Virus record (IMG/VR): IMGVR_UViG_3300009503_000027
Coordinates: 1-64,000 of that record
Strand: one strand, 5' to 3'
DNA from: a virus
Length of the DNA: 64,000 bases
Positions 17,927 to 28,400 of this stretch are shown here, in pieces; within the stretch, counting starts at the first letter, position 1; every line of letters begins with the position of its first letter. The notes under the pieces are model-generated. The model was not told the origin of the DNA and did no database searches. It was given only the letters and a program-made list of their open reading frames with translations. The position numbers were made by a program, and so were the translations under genes.

Positions 17927-18940
17927 GTGTCGACTGAAATCGGAAAGACGGCTGTAACTATCACAGACCTGCAGACCAATGGTGTCTTGCAGGGCGAGCA
18001 GCTGGCACAGTTCATTGATCTCGTCGTTGACGAAACGGTGATGATCAAGCTTGCCCGCAAGCTCATGACGAGCGGTGGCAAGGCATCGTGGAGCACCTTG
18101 GGCATCAGCGGCCCCGTCACCATCTGGGGCGGGCATGCCTCTGACTGGCCCACCTATGGCGATACCTCGGTCACTGCTACCGACTATTCCATCCAGGCAG
18201 TGTCGGTAGAGGCCAAGGTGAAGCTTGACGATGTTGTGCTGCCAGCGTGGAATATCGAGGGTGAAGGCTTCCAGAACACGGCAACTGGCATGCTTGCCAA
18301 GGCCTTCGCCAACGACCTCGAGGATGCGGCAATCAATGCCGACAGCGATGGCTCTGACCCGTATTCAGGTCATAAGGGTGCGGGGATGCTGACGGCCTTC
18401 GATGGCTACTACGAGACCATCCGCACCTCGGGGAACGTTTACGACCACGCTGGGGCGGGCGTCAATGCGGCTCTGTTCTACGAGATGTGGGAGACCTTGC
18501 CCACCAAGTATCGTTCCAATAGGGCCGATTGGCGCCTCTTCGTGAGTCCCAACGTCTTCGATGCTTGGGCACGCCATGCTGCAAGCGTTGCCCATACGGG
18601 CACCAGCGAAGCCTGGGTGACGAACACCGAGTCGGGGCTCGTGCTCTACGCAGCCGGCATCCAGCTCGTTAGCGTCCCCAAGATCCCCGAGAACAAGCCG
18701 GGCATCCTGAGCCAGTCCGAGGTTACTGAGGGCCAGTTCTCGTTCGCTATCCTGGCCCAGCCCGATAACCTCCTTGTGGCTTTCGACCCCGAACTCGAGT
18801 GGAAGATCGGTGTCGAGTCGGATATCCGGCGCAAGGTCCTCTACCTGAAGACTGGCTTCGCGGCGGGGATTCTCAATCCCGAAGCCTGCGTCGTTGCCGT
18901 GAACGTGCTGCCTGAGCCAGCCACAACGATCACGCCGTAG
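17927..18940 (+). CDS. Major capsid protein (HK97 fold)
   Basis: GVLQGEQLAQFID, NIEGEGFQ, FANDLEDAAINAD, LPTKYR; strongly biased codon usage. Confidence 0.9.
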   Translation: MSTEIGKTAVTITDLQTNGVLQGEQLAQFIDLVVDETVMIKLARKLMTSGGKASWSTLGISGPVTIWGGHASDWPTYGDTSVTATDYSIQAVSVEAKVKLDDVVLPAWNIEGEGFQNTATGMLAKAFANDLEDAAINADSDGSDPYSGHKGAGMLTAFDGYYETIRTSGNVYDHAGAGVNAALFYEMWETLPTKYRSNRADWRLFVSPNVFDAWARHAASVAHTGTSEAWVTNTESGLVLYAAGIQLVSVPKIPENKPGILSQSEVTEGQFSFAILAQPDNLLVAFDPELEWKIGVESDIRRKVLYLKTGFAAGILNPEACVVAVNVLPEPATTITP

Positions 18941-18962
18941 GGCGGTGGATAGGCAGCCTGCT

Positions 18963-18992
18963 GGAGGGGAGGGGCTTATTCCCCTCCCCTCC
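18963..18992 (+). terminator. Stem-loop after capsid gene
   Basis: GGAGGGGAGGGG-cttatt-CCCCTCCCCTCC; no U-tract. Confidence 0.5.
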
Positions 18993-19048
18993 TAGGGCAA
19001 TTGATGGCTTTCGCCATCAAATAAACAGTGCGTAGGAGTGGTGTAGAA

Positions 19049-19471
19049 ATGTTGATCGTCGTAAACAAGCTAGCAGCTGAGCGCAAGCAGGTTCCCAGCA
19101 GGATGCGTATCACCAACACCCCATCGGGGCAAACATATGTCATCAGTAGTGACCCCATCAATGTCACCAACGAGGAAGACCTTGAGTTTCTCTTGGGGCT
19201 GAAGGTAAAAACTCCCTGGGGGCAAGAGATACCCTGTTGCATGGAATGGCAACCGGAGGGCTCTGCCCGCGAATGGTCAGAAGCCGATACGAAGGCCCTC
19301 AGCGAAGAACTGGAAGCCCTGCTCAATGCTAATAATCAGCTGCAAGAGCGTGTTGCGCAGTTGGAAGCAGAAGTGGACAACCTCAAGGCGGCGGGTGCAA
19401 AGTACCCTTCTTCAGGACGCGGACGGCGCAACGCTGGCACATCCGACACGGCGGAAGAACCTACCGAATAG
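19049..19471 (+). CDS. Hypothetical protein with coiled coil
   Basis: AGGAG SD, heptad C-terminus. Confidence 0.7.
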   Translation: MLIVVNKLAAERKQVPSRMRITNTPSGQTYVISSDPINVTNEEDLEFLLGLKVKTPWGQEIPCCMEWQPEGSAREWSEADTKALSEELEALLNANNQLQERVAQLEAEVDNLKAAGAKYPSSGRGRRNAGTSDTAEEPTE

Positions 19472-19542
19472 ACCGCACGTGGCAGCGTGTCCCCACGCCG
19501 CAGGCTACTTACCTGCTGCAGCAGATACATTGTGAGCTGGAA

Positions 19543-20457
19543 ATGGATCCGCCTGTGCGGTTCCTCAGCGCCGATGGATTATTGCTGCTACATGAGCTCC
19601 AGGGGCAACGCTTACAGCAGCGGTGGCAACCTCCACACCTTGAAGATATTCCCCCCGGTAAGATGATGATAGTCCGCCGGGGTGGCATGGGAGATATTGT
19701 TCTCTTGCGTCCCGCCATTCAGACCTTCCGGAACCGGCGCCCCGACGTTGAAACCATCCTAGTGACTGATTGGCCAACCCTGGGCAATGCACACCTTAAC
19801 ATTGATGAACTCATCCTTTGTGGGGATGAAAACATATTGCTTCTCCAGGAGTATGTTGAGTGGCATGAAGGAAGGTATAAGATACATCGGAGCGATATAT
19901 TTGCTTATGGCTTCGGCCTGGGGGGCTGCGACAGCTACGATATTACGCTGCCCTGGGATGGCCCCCGGCTGATTGAAGAAGACTACCTCGTAGTGCAGCT
20001 TTCGGGTAGTTCGAAGTACCGTTGCCCCTCGGTGGGATATATGTGGCGGCTAGCGGAGGCAGTTTCTAAGAGATATAACATTGCCATTGCCACCTTAGGC
20101 AACAGCCGGATTGACCTTGGCGACTTCAATTACACGGGCCTACTTGCGGAGGCAACTGTGCTTTCTCTGCTCCGATATGCTCGCATTGTCATAGCAGGTG
20201 ACAGCGGGCCATTCCATGTAGCAAGGGCCCTCGGCACCCCCTGCGTAGGCTTTTATGGCCCTATCCCCCCAGAGCTGCGTGTAGCGGGCTTGCCGGATTG
20301 CTATCGGATAATTCACGCTAAGTGCCTTTATGGGAGCCCTTGCCAAGAGGATGGCAATTGCAATAAAATAGACGTGGCCAAGTGCCTAGAGGGCGTTCCC
20401 TTAGAACACGCTCTGGCGGTTGTAGAGGAACTGATGGAAACATGCCCACGGCGATAA
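19543..20457 (+). CDS. Glycosyltransferase family 9 (heptosyltransferase-like)
   Basis: RRGGMGDIVL, IAGDSGPFHVARALGTPCVGFYGP, C..PC...C....C. Confidence 0.9.
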   Translation: MDPPVRFLSADGLLLLHELQGQRLQQRWQPPHLEDIPPGKMMIVRRGGMGDIVLLRPAIQTFRNRRPDVETILVTDWPTLGNAHLNIDELILCGDENILLLQEYVEWHEGRYKIHRSDIFAYGFGLGGCDSYDITLPWDGPRLIEEDYLVVQLSGSSKYRCPSVGYMWRLAEAVSKRYNIAIATLGNSRIDLGDFNYTGLLAEATVLSLLRYARIVIAGDSGPFHVARALGTPCVGFYGPIPPELRVAGLPDCYRIIHAKCLYGSPCQEDGNCNKIDVAKCLEGVPLEHALAVVEELMETCPRR

Positions 20458-21197
20458 TTACAAAGGCTTGGGATGACCTACGGACGGGCAACTATGATGA
20501 GGAAGGGGCCGTTGAAGAACTACTTACCGGGGTGCTCACAGATGCGGCGGGCACTACTCTAGCCCAAGTGCTCTCAGCCACTGAGAAGGCGACCATCGTT
20601 GAGCGCTACCGGGCGATGGCCGGTGATGAGATCCGGCGGCGGGCCGGGCGGGACTTTGCCTTCCATCAAGATGTAGAGGTATACGTCAATGGCTCGGGCA
20701 CCCCATACCTAGACCTTGCCCAATATGGTTTCTGGCCGCTATATGAAGTTAGCCAGATGCTGGTTGAGGACACGGGGCAAGCCATTGATACGCTCATTGT
20801 AGAACCTTCAGGTCTTATTCACTTTGCCAATGAGTGGCAATTCCCCAAGGGGAACCGGAACATCCGGCTCACTATCAGCTGGGGCTTCAGCGATACAGTA
20901 GCGGGTGTCCGGCCGGTGCCCCAAGATGTCAAGGATGCCCAGAGCATGTTGGCCGCCGCCAACATCCTGGAATACATACAGGCCACTAAGAATGTTGATG
21001 GCCTTGGTGGCATCAGCATCATCCAATACGGCGAGATGTCCATCCGGCAGTATCAGCGTGGCCGCTTCTCGCCTACGATTGATGCCTGGAAGGAGCGGGC
21101 TTATGCCACCTGCAACTTCTACCGGGGGGTGAACTTCCATTACCTTGTGCCCGCTAATGTGCTAGAATATGGCGAGAAGATACAGGAAGCAAGATGA
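20442..21197 (+). CDS. Head-tail connector/adaptor
   Basis: NGSG..YL, FPKGNRNIRLTISWGF, VPQDVKDA; position in operon. Confidence 0.7.
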   Translation: MPTAIITKAWDDLRTGNYDEEGAVEELLTGVLTDAAGTTLAQVLSATEKATIVERYRAMAGDEIRRRAGRDFAFHQDVEVYVNGSGTPYLDLAQYGFWPLYEVSQMLVEDTGQAIDTLIVEPSGLIHFANEWQFPKGNRNIRLTISWGFSDTVAGVRPVPQDVKDAQSMLAAANILEYIQATKNVDGLGGISIIQYGEMSIRQYQRGRFSPTIDAWKERAYATCNFYRGVNFHYLVPANVLEYGEKIQEAR

Positions 21198-21781
21198 CAA
21201 CCATCATTGCCTATACTAATCCGACACGCATCTATCGTGCTTATCGCGAGCTACAGCACGACCTGGCAACGTATTTGCAGTATGCAGACATTTATGGCAC
21301 CGATACATGGGCACGGGTAGGGGAAGTAAGCGACAGTATGCTATTCTTGCCCGCACCGGGGGAGTACGTCCAGACGGAAGCCCCTGTGACACTCTGGTAT
21401 CCACCCGATGTGGACGTAGACCTGGGCTATCTAATAGAGGTCAAGCATGCGATGTATTATGATGGCCGGCTAGTGGCAGTGGAGACAACTCTTGCTGCCG
21501 ATGCCGCCGCAGGTGACACATCCCTGCCTGTAGAGCGTGCCTACGGCTTCCATTCGGGAGATGTGGTACTCCTTTCTGCATCCAATACTATTGAACGCTG
21601 CCGTGTCCGGTTCGTTGACACCCGTAATCACGTACTCACACTATATTCAGATACGCCATTGCAGAGTGATTGGGCCACAGGGAGCAGCATACGGGCTTCC
21701 GACTTCTATGAAGTGGTGGCCCTAGAGCGGGCACAGATTATTCGGGCAACTTGTAACCGTGTGCATCCTAAGAACGAGTGA
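21194..21781 (+). CDS. Head closure-like protein
   Basis: Synteny; TTLAADAAAGDTSLPV insert. Confidence 0.5.
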   Translation: MTTIIAYTNPTRIYRAYRELQHDLATYLQYADIYGTDTWARVGEVSDSMLFLPAPGEYVQTEAPVTLWYPPDVDVDLGYLIEVKHAMYYDGRLVAVETTLAADAAAGDTSLPVERAYGFHSGDVVLLSASNTIERCRVRFVDTRNHVLTLYSDTPLQSDWATGSSIRASDFYEVVALERAQIIRATCNRVHPKNE

Positions 21782-22536
21782 TGGCAATGGCACAGAAGAT
21801 TGACCACTCGCCTGAGATTGCCGAAGGTATACGGAACTTGCTCCTGGGGCGTGTCCGGCTCAAGGCGGACTATGCCGCCGGCGACAGAGTTGTCAAAGTG
21901 GGCTACGAGAGTGGCTATTGGCCGAACTCTGAGCCTGTCCCCGGGGCGTATTTGTGGTTCAACAACACCGACGAGGCGCGCCTTGTGCAACCTACTGCTC
22001 AGCATATCGCTGGGGGCATAGAATACAGCGAAGATGTTACGATTACTGATGCTAGCGGGTGCCATGCGATTATCTACCCCCCTGCCACGCATAACTATAC
22101 CACGGCGCGGAAGGCCTACTTGTGCCTGCGCACCCCTCCTATCCCGGACTTGAAGGTTATCGCAACCGATCCGGAAAGTTTGCCACCTGATGAAATCCAA
22201 GAAAAATGGTTCCCATCAGTAACAATCATCCGGCGGCAATTTACTCCCACCTTCCGCCCATCAACCGCCGTTGAAGGCAAGTATAGATTTGTTATCCGGT
22301 ACGCATGCCTTGTGACTTCCGGAGAAAGCAGCGGTGATAAGCTCCTACAGGATACGGCCACAATCGTTAACCTATTTGCTGAAGATCCCTACATAGGGGC
22401 GACGGTAGAGAACTGCGACATCGAGGGGGTAGAGAGTTTCCGTTTCCGGCGCATCTCGGCTAACCGTACTATGCTCTTGGGCGACATCTACCTGGCGATT
22501 GAGCGGACATCTGCCTATACCAAATTGGGGACTTGA
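21778..22536 (+). CDS. Tail completion/terminator-like protein
   Basis: Synteny; FPSVTI...DPYIGATV. Confidence 0.5.
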   Translation: MMAMAQKIDHSPEIAEGIRNLLLGRVRLKADYAAGDRVVKVGYESGYWPNSEPVPGAYLWFNNTDEARLVQPTAQHIAGGIEYSEDVTITDASGCHAIIYPPATHNYTTARKAYLCLRTPPIPDLKVIATDPESLPPDEIQEKWFPSVTIIRRQFTPTFRPSTAVEGKYRFVIRYACLVTSGESSGDKLLQDTATIVNLFAEDPYIGATVENCDIEGVESFRFRRISANRTMLLGDIYLAIERTSAYTKLGT

Positions 22537-22560
22537 CACAATAAGGACTTCTTGTAGAAT
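22533..22560 (+). promoter_or_regulatory. Internal sigma70-type promoter
   Basis: TTGACA-16-TAGAAT. Confidence 0.6.
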
Positions 22561-22565
22561 ATATC

Positions 22566-22970
22566 TTGTGGCAGGTTATGCCTATGAGAACACCTATGGA
22601 TGCGCCTAAAATCGAATATTACATTACGGCCGACTTATGCGAAGCGGCCATATTGCTGATGCGGCCGCAGTGTATCCTGTGCCAATGCGAATGGGAAAGC
22701 GAAGCCGACAGGGTTGGCCGTTGGGTGATCTTGATAAGGCCTAATTCGGGGTTCTCTCTAGCCGAACTGCGGCAGATCATCGAAGACCTGAAGACCGGGG
22801 ATTACCTAGTGGAGCCTCGGGCGTTCATGAGTGCCCTCCGCAAGGCCCGCGTGGCTATGCAGGAGTTTCTACAGAGTAAAAATGTGGAGCCCCCTACTCC
22901 ACGCCAGGTAAGAAACGTAGTAAATCCCAAGAGTAGGGAGAAAAACAATGCCAGTTCCAGCACTGTCTAA
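22566..22970 (+). CDS. Hypothetical protein (DUF5659-like)
   Basis: YITADLCEAAIL...VEPRAF pattern; true start may be downstream. Confidence 0.5.
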   Translation: MWQVMPMRTPMDAPKIEYYITADLCEAAILLMRPQCILCQCEWESEADRVGRWVILIRPNSGFSLAELRQIIEDLKTGDYLVEPRAFMSALRKARVAMQEFLQSKNVEPPTPRQVRNVVNPKSREKNNASSSTV

Positions 22971-23886
22971 GCACACCGCAGTGGGGATCGCCCTACAGAC
23001 GGCTTATAACACTCCGAATGTTGCGGGGATTCAGTGGGCGGCAATAGATGCCGAAATGAACTTCCAAGAGCAGCTTAACTTTGCTGTCCTGGACCAAGGC
23101 GACATGTCCGACTGGGAATATGATGCCTGGACGCCTGGCACCCATTACCAGGGGAATATTCCCTTCTCGGCTATACCAAGCATGATGAGTACGTATGCCG
23201 CTTGGTGCCTTGAGCGCGACTCGTACAACCAGCCAACGTATGCCACCATTGCATTCTACGATGACAAGCGGGGCGGTCCTATCGCGGTCCAGGACTGCGT
23301 AGTGAGCCAGGTAACGTGGACGTTCAACAAACGGGCAGCAGTAACGCAGGCAATCACCGCATTTGGACGAAAGGAAGCATCTTCTGCTCCCAGCATACCT
23401 ACCCCCGCCGACGTTGTCCGTGGCATGCCCTACGTGTGTAAGGAAATCACCGTCCAGGTGGACTTCGGTTCGGGCTACGTAACCGTGGCAGATTTCGAGT
23501 CGCTCACCATCGTGGTAGATACCCTTGCCGAAAACCCCGATGAAGGTTTTCGCCTGGAATCCTCCGGGCATCCCCACACAATGTACACCCTCGGCGGCAT
23601 CCGCGTGTCGGGCAACATGACCCGCGACTATGTAGATGACAGCTTCCGCGAGATAATATCCGCCATGCGTGACGGGGCAGTTGGAGACTTCAGCAGCCGT
23701 ATCGCCATCAAGGTGACGGCCACACGCGGTGCTTCCTCCTGCACATGGGAGATGCCTTATGTGCAGTTCATGAACTGGGAGGCGCCGTTCCCGGGCAACT
23801 CGACCAGCCGGCGCCAGGAAGCAATCGAGTACCGCGCATTCACGGGCGCTGACGGCACGGAAGCCCCCCTGACAATCACGGCGTAG
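22948..23886 (+). CDS. Major tail tube protein
   Basis: VGIALQTAYNTP N-terminus, size, capsid-like codon bias, precedes chaperone. Confidence 0.8.
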   Translation: MPVPALSKHTAVGIALQTAYNTPNVAGIQWAAIDAEMNFQEQLNFAVLDQGDMSDWEYDAWTPGTHYQGNIPFSAIPSMMSTYAAWCLERDSYNQPTYATIAFYDDKRGGPIAVQDCVVSQVTWTFNKRAAVTQAITAFGRKEASSAPSIPTPADVVRGMPYVCKEITVQVDFGSGYVTVADFESLTIVVDTLAENPDEGFRLESSGHPHTMYTLGGIRVSGNMTRDYVDDSFREIISAMRDGAVGDFSSRIAIKVTATRGASSCTWEMPYVQFMNWEAPFPGNSTSRRQEAIEYRAFTGADGTEAPLTITA

Positions 23887-23966
23887 CAAGAGGGGCACCT
23901 GTGCCCCGTGGTATAGGGTGCCCCTGTCTGTAGCGGGCAGGGGCACTCGTTTTCAGACACCATAGG

Positions 23967-24533
23967 ATGGTGGTGATTAGAATGACCGTTGAGGAACGAC
24001 TGAAGCAGTTGGCAATGCGGCGTGGGCCGGAGATCACGCGAGTGAACCTCTACGAGCGCGACATGCTCCGGTCGGCGGAGGATGATAGCTATGCCTCCGC
24101 AAAGGTAGACATCTCCGATGGTGGCAGGTTCTATGTTTCATTCAGGACTGCCTCCGGAACGCAGATGGCGGCCCTGGAATCCGCTGCGGGCAGGGGCAAA
24201 ATAATCAACGAAATAGACAGCACTGGCCGTGCCCGCCAGATCCTGGAATTCCACGACTGGGATATTGTGGAATGTGCTATACGGTTAGGGTTGATAGTGG
24301 ATGCTTGCCTCCCCGCATTAGACGATGACGGCAGCTTGACAGAATTTGTCATTGAGAAGGGCGACGATCCGGCCAAGGTTTTGTCCAAGATCAACGAGGG
24401 CGGCGGCAAGCTCATTCCCGTCCTGGCCATGATGATACGCGATAGGTATTTCGGAGACGAAGAGGGTGATATCGCGCTGAGTACGAAGGTGGTGGAAGAG
24501 GCGGGAAACTGCTTGAACGCCTGCTCCCAGTAG
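23967..24533 (+). CDS. Tail assembly chaperone (G)
   Basis: Follows tail tube; slippery G GGA AAC at 24503-24509. Confidence 0.75.
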   Translation: MVVIRMTVEERLKQLAMRRGPEITRVNLYERDMLRSAEDDSYASAKVDISDGGRFYVSFRTASGTQMAALESAAGRGKIINEIDSTGRARQILEFHDWDIVECAIRLGLIVDACLPALDDDGSLTEFVIEKGDDPAKVLSKINEGGGKLIPVLAMMIRDRYFGDEEGDIALSTKVVEEAGNCLNACSQ

Positions 24534-24940
24534 GGCGTCTGGATGCAGTGAGTATTGCCCAGGCGCGGCGCGACATGCGTGCGGAGCAGCTTGATATGAA
24601 GTTGCCAGGTGAATCCGACCCGTGGGTGCAGGAACACTTCCGGCGCCCCGATGGTAGTTTCGACGCGTTGCGGTATCATCGGTGGTTGCAGGAAGAGACC
24701 GCCCGGCTCCTTGGGCCTGTAACTGTGACAATGTACGATTATTGGATGGAAGCATTGCTAAAACGTGTCGTAGAAGAAAGTAATATGTTCTACGGCGGCA
24801 TGGTACCACTCCTACCAACCTACTTCCGGGGTTACGACGAGGTACCGTGGGAAGAGGCCACCTTATGGGCACGTGTGGCGGCAATCAACGAACGCATCCG
24901 GGAGGAGCGAAGCCATGCCGGTCGGAGAAGTCCTCATTGA
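24503..24940 (+). CDS. Tail assembly chaperone -1 frameshift extension (GT)
   Basis: The -1 frame is open from 24503 (GKLLERLLPVGRLDAVSIAQ...) to 24940. Confidence 0.75.
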   Translation, partial: GKLLERLLPVGRLDAVSIAQARRDMRAEQLDMKLPGESDPWVQEHFRRPDGSFDALRYHRWLQEETARLLGPVTVTMYDYWMEALLKRVVEESNMFYGGMVPLLPTYFRGYDEVPWEEATLWARVAAINERIREERSHAGRRSPH

Positions 24941-25430
24941 ATGTAGGGCCCTCGGTGCGGGCGTCACCCTTGAGCGGATAGCCCGCGAAGTGTTGACCGA
25001 GGTGCTAAATGAGATTGCTAGCGCCCCTGATGTTCCCGAGTTTGAGGGTGCACTAAAGCACGGTTGGAGCATTGTTGCCAGCGGGGGCGGGGCGAACGAG
25101 GGTTGGGCAGTAGCCGAAAATCCTTCTACTGTCCTGCCACCTCGCGAGAGCCAAACCGGGCCAGCACCGTATGACTATGCCCGTGGTATAGAAGAAGGGC
25201 ACCGGGGCCACTGGGTAGATTTGCGCCCCCGGAGAGCTCGCCGCCGCCACCGGCAGAAACTGATCCGCTGGATACAGACGAAAGGGCCCGAATGGATGCG
25301 CGAGCAGTTAGCAGATCGGAAGTTCGTTTGGATACCGCGGTATCCCCCGCATCCCTTTGCGCAGCCCATCCTGGAGAGATGTGTCAACAACCCACGGCTC
25401 ATCCGAGCGGTCTTGCGGCGCCTGGGGTGA
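24915..25430 (+). CDS. HK97 gp10-like neck protein
   Basis: G.LK.GW, YARGIEEGH, PPHPFAQP motifs; GGAGG SD. Confidence 0.6.
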   Translation: MPVGEVLIECRALGAGVTLERIAREVLTEVLNEIASAPDVPEFEGALKHGWSIVASGGGANEGWAVAENPSTVLPPRESQTGPAPYDYARGIEEGHRGHWVDLRPRRARRRHRQKLIRWIQTKGPEWMREQLADRKFVWIPRYPPHPFAQPILERCVNNPRLIRAVLRRLG

Positions 25431-25435
25431 TCTAA

Positions 25436-28400
25436 ATGGCAATGAACGTCACTGTCCGTGTAATTCCCGATCGCACCACGCAGGAGCTTATGGCCATTCT
25501 GTCGGGGCGCCTCCAGCGTGCGTGGAGGATGAGCATCTTTAGTCGGGGCGACCAACGCGCTATTGAGCAGACAATAGCGCGCATGGTACAGGCCCAGACG
25601 CAGATTGCGGAGCTTCAAGAGCGACTAATAAATGCCGAGAGCGATGAACACGATAGGATACGCAGCCGAATTGCCGGGATACGTGTGCTACTAAACCTAG
25701 AACGCCAGCACCTGCGCATCCTGCAGTTACAAGCACAACAAGGAACGGTACTAGGCCGCATCTTCAGGGGCCTCAGGACAGTATGGCAGCGCACATGGGG
25801 AGTATTTTCATCCATCTACACGCCGATCATGCGTGCCTACTGGACATTGGTGTCCTTCTATTACATGGTAGGCCACCTTGTTAGGCCGATTGCCACACTT
25901 GAATATGCATTGTTAGGTCTTGCCCGCCGCGCCTTGTCTGAAGTCGTCCGTGGCATCCGGACAATGATTACCTCTGCCCAAGAGCTAGAGGGTGCTGTTG
26001 CGCGTTCCCGGGCCCTTTTTGGGCGGGGAGCAGGTACCCGGATGGTTCAATGGGCAATGGGCCTCTCCATTGGCACACCGTATCAAGCAGAACAGATCTT
26101 CGGCGCGGCCCGTATGGCCCAGGCCCTACAGCTAGGCAGGTACGCTAACATTCAGGACATCATCTTGCGTGCTGCTGGGCCATTGAGTGTTGTCTTCGCA
26201 GATCGTCTCCAACGGGGCATGGAAGATGCCATGTACGGTATTGGCCGTGCTGTGGTAGGTGGCTACTGGCGTATCCTGCGCCGCCTCGGTATCACGCCCG
26301 AAGATCTAGCAGCTAAATATGGCACTCCCATGCCAGGAACGGAGGCTTCCCGTACAGAAGCGGGCCGTGCTGCTTTGCTCCGCGCCATCATGGCAGAAGT
26401 GATGGCCCGTTACGGGGGAGCCGTGCAAGAGTTCGCGGGCACATGGCAAGTCCTGCTAGCCGACCTCAAGGATATATGGCAGTACTTCGTGCTCCGGTAT
26501 GACTGGAACGTCCAGGAGGACACGCAGAGGCAAGGGACAATTACATCTCTAATTAAGCAACTTGTGAAGGGCTTCCGCGATACATTCCTGTCCTGGATGC
26601 AAAGTGGCAAGCTCGACCGTTTCATTGAGTCATTGGTGGCACTAACAAGCTGGATGCAGCCCCTGGTCAGCTGGATAGTCCAGCATATGGAGCCATTGAT
26701 TGACTATGCCACCCAAGTGCTAGACCGGCTCTACAAATGGTTAGACGAGGCATTCCTACGGTTCTTTGGTGTAAGACTGAAGGACTTGAATACGCCTGAG
26801 GGCTTGGCCCTCTTCGGCAAGGGGCTCATGGCAAACATTACTAGCATAGGCTCCGATATAATTGGTATTCTCCAGGCGGGCTTGGTCCTCCAGAAGGAAA
26901 TGATGAATATAATGTTCTTGATAGCCGATATTCTGGCTCGCCTGACTGACTACTTCACGAAGGGCAAATACGGTGTAGCGCAGAAGGTCCAGGTGCTTTG
27001 GGGCGCCGCTACCCAGACGATGGGCAAAGTTATAGGCTGGGTAGGCGCCGCGGGCCAAAGGGTAGGGCAATGGAGTGTTTATTGGCGCCGCGAAGAGTTG
27101 CAAGAAGCATTGCGGCGCCTCGGCTATGATGAGCCGGAAATCCAGCAGATATTGGCGCGGGTAGACCAACAGGTAGCAAGTGATCGGAATATTGAGACGC
27201 CCCAGCAACAGGAGGCAGTCTACCGCCGGGCCGTTAACTGGGCGTTAGAAAGGTTGCGGGCAGGAGAGTTTCAGCCAGCGGTACCACAAAGCTTCCAGCG
27301 CGGTGGCAAGGTCGAACGTAGTGGTCTGGCATATGTACATAGAGGGGAAGTGATAGTACCTACCCGGCCGGAGTGGGAGGAACTGTCGCCACGCGAGCGC
27401 GAGAGACAAGCACGGGCCTTGGAAGAGGCCATGGGCTGGCGCCGCCCCGCAGTCTGGGAACGTGCTATCGGATGGTTGCGTGGGCACAGGGATCTTCTCA
27501 TGGGCGAAGCAAGCCTTATTCCTTGGCTCCTGCCCGCTGGAGCAGGGCAAGGGCGTATTCCAGAGGGGCTCACACGAGCCTGGAACTGGGCTAGGGGCTT
27601 GTGGGAACAGCGCAGGTTGGAAAGAGATATAGCGACCGATCCCGAAAGCGTGCAACACAGACTAGGGGAGTATGTCGCCCGTTATGGGGGACCACGTGGC
27701 CAAGGCTTAAGTTGGGCGGACTGGCAAGATGCGCTCTTTATTCTCAGCTTTCTCTTCCCCATAGAGGGGGAGGTATCCAGTGCCATTGGAGTGCTTATGC
27801 GGATGGGCCGACTTAGCAGGGCTTGGCGCTGGGTACAGCTAATTTTGGGTGGAGGTGAGGCTGGGGGAATTATGGGATTTGCAGAAGGCGCCCATAGGGA
27901 ACCATGGCTCACACGCGCCTGGACTTGGCTCCGCCGCCTTGTAGGCGGGGCGGATGAGGCACAGATTAGACAATGGAAAAGACTTGCGTCTCAATTGGCG
28001 CGTGAACGCAAGTGGAGAGAGGCGCGGTTCTTTGGTAGGCGGGCCCGCCTAGCCGAACTTCGCCTGGATCAGCGTGCAGTTGAGGTGTTGCGTACGTGGC
28101 TGCGTGATAAATGGACCTGGTGGAGAAGGCACTTCGGTGATTTGGAACGTGAAGTGTTTCATCACAAAAGAGGAGTTAAGATGTTAAGAGAGGCGCGCCT
28201 AATTGAAGATGCGGAGGCCAGGAGGGGGGCGATCCTGCGGGCACGGCGTAGTGAGCTCGCAGAGGCAGCACAGGCCCACCGAAAGGCGCGTGCTGCACGA
28301 GAACGATCGATATGGAGAGCCATCTGGACTAGATTCGCGAAGATCCGGGCTAGATTTGCAAAAGAGGCCTCCGAAGAAGCCCCACAAATCACAGACCCCG

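Noticed and set aside
22993-23946. 317-aa minus ORF
   Set aside because: Antisense shadow of the codon-biased tail tube gene.
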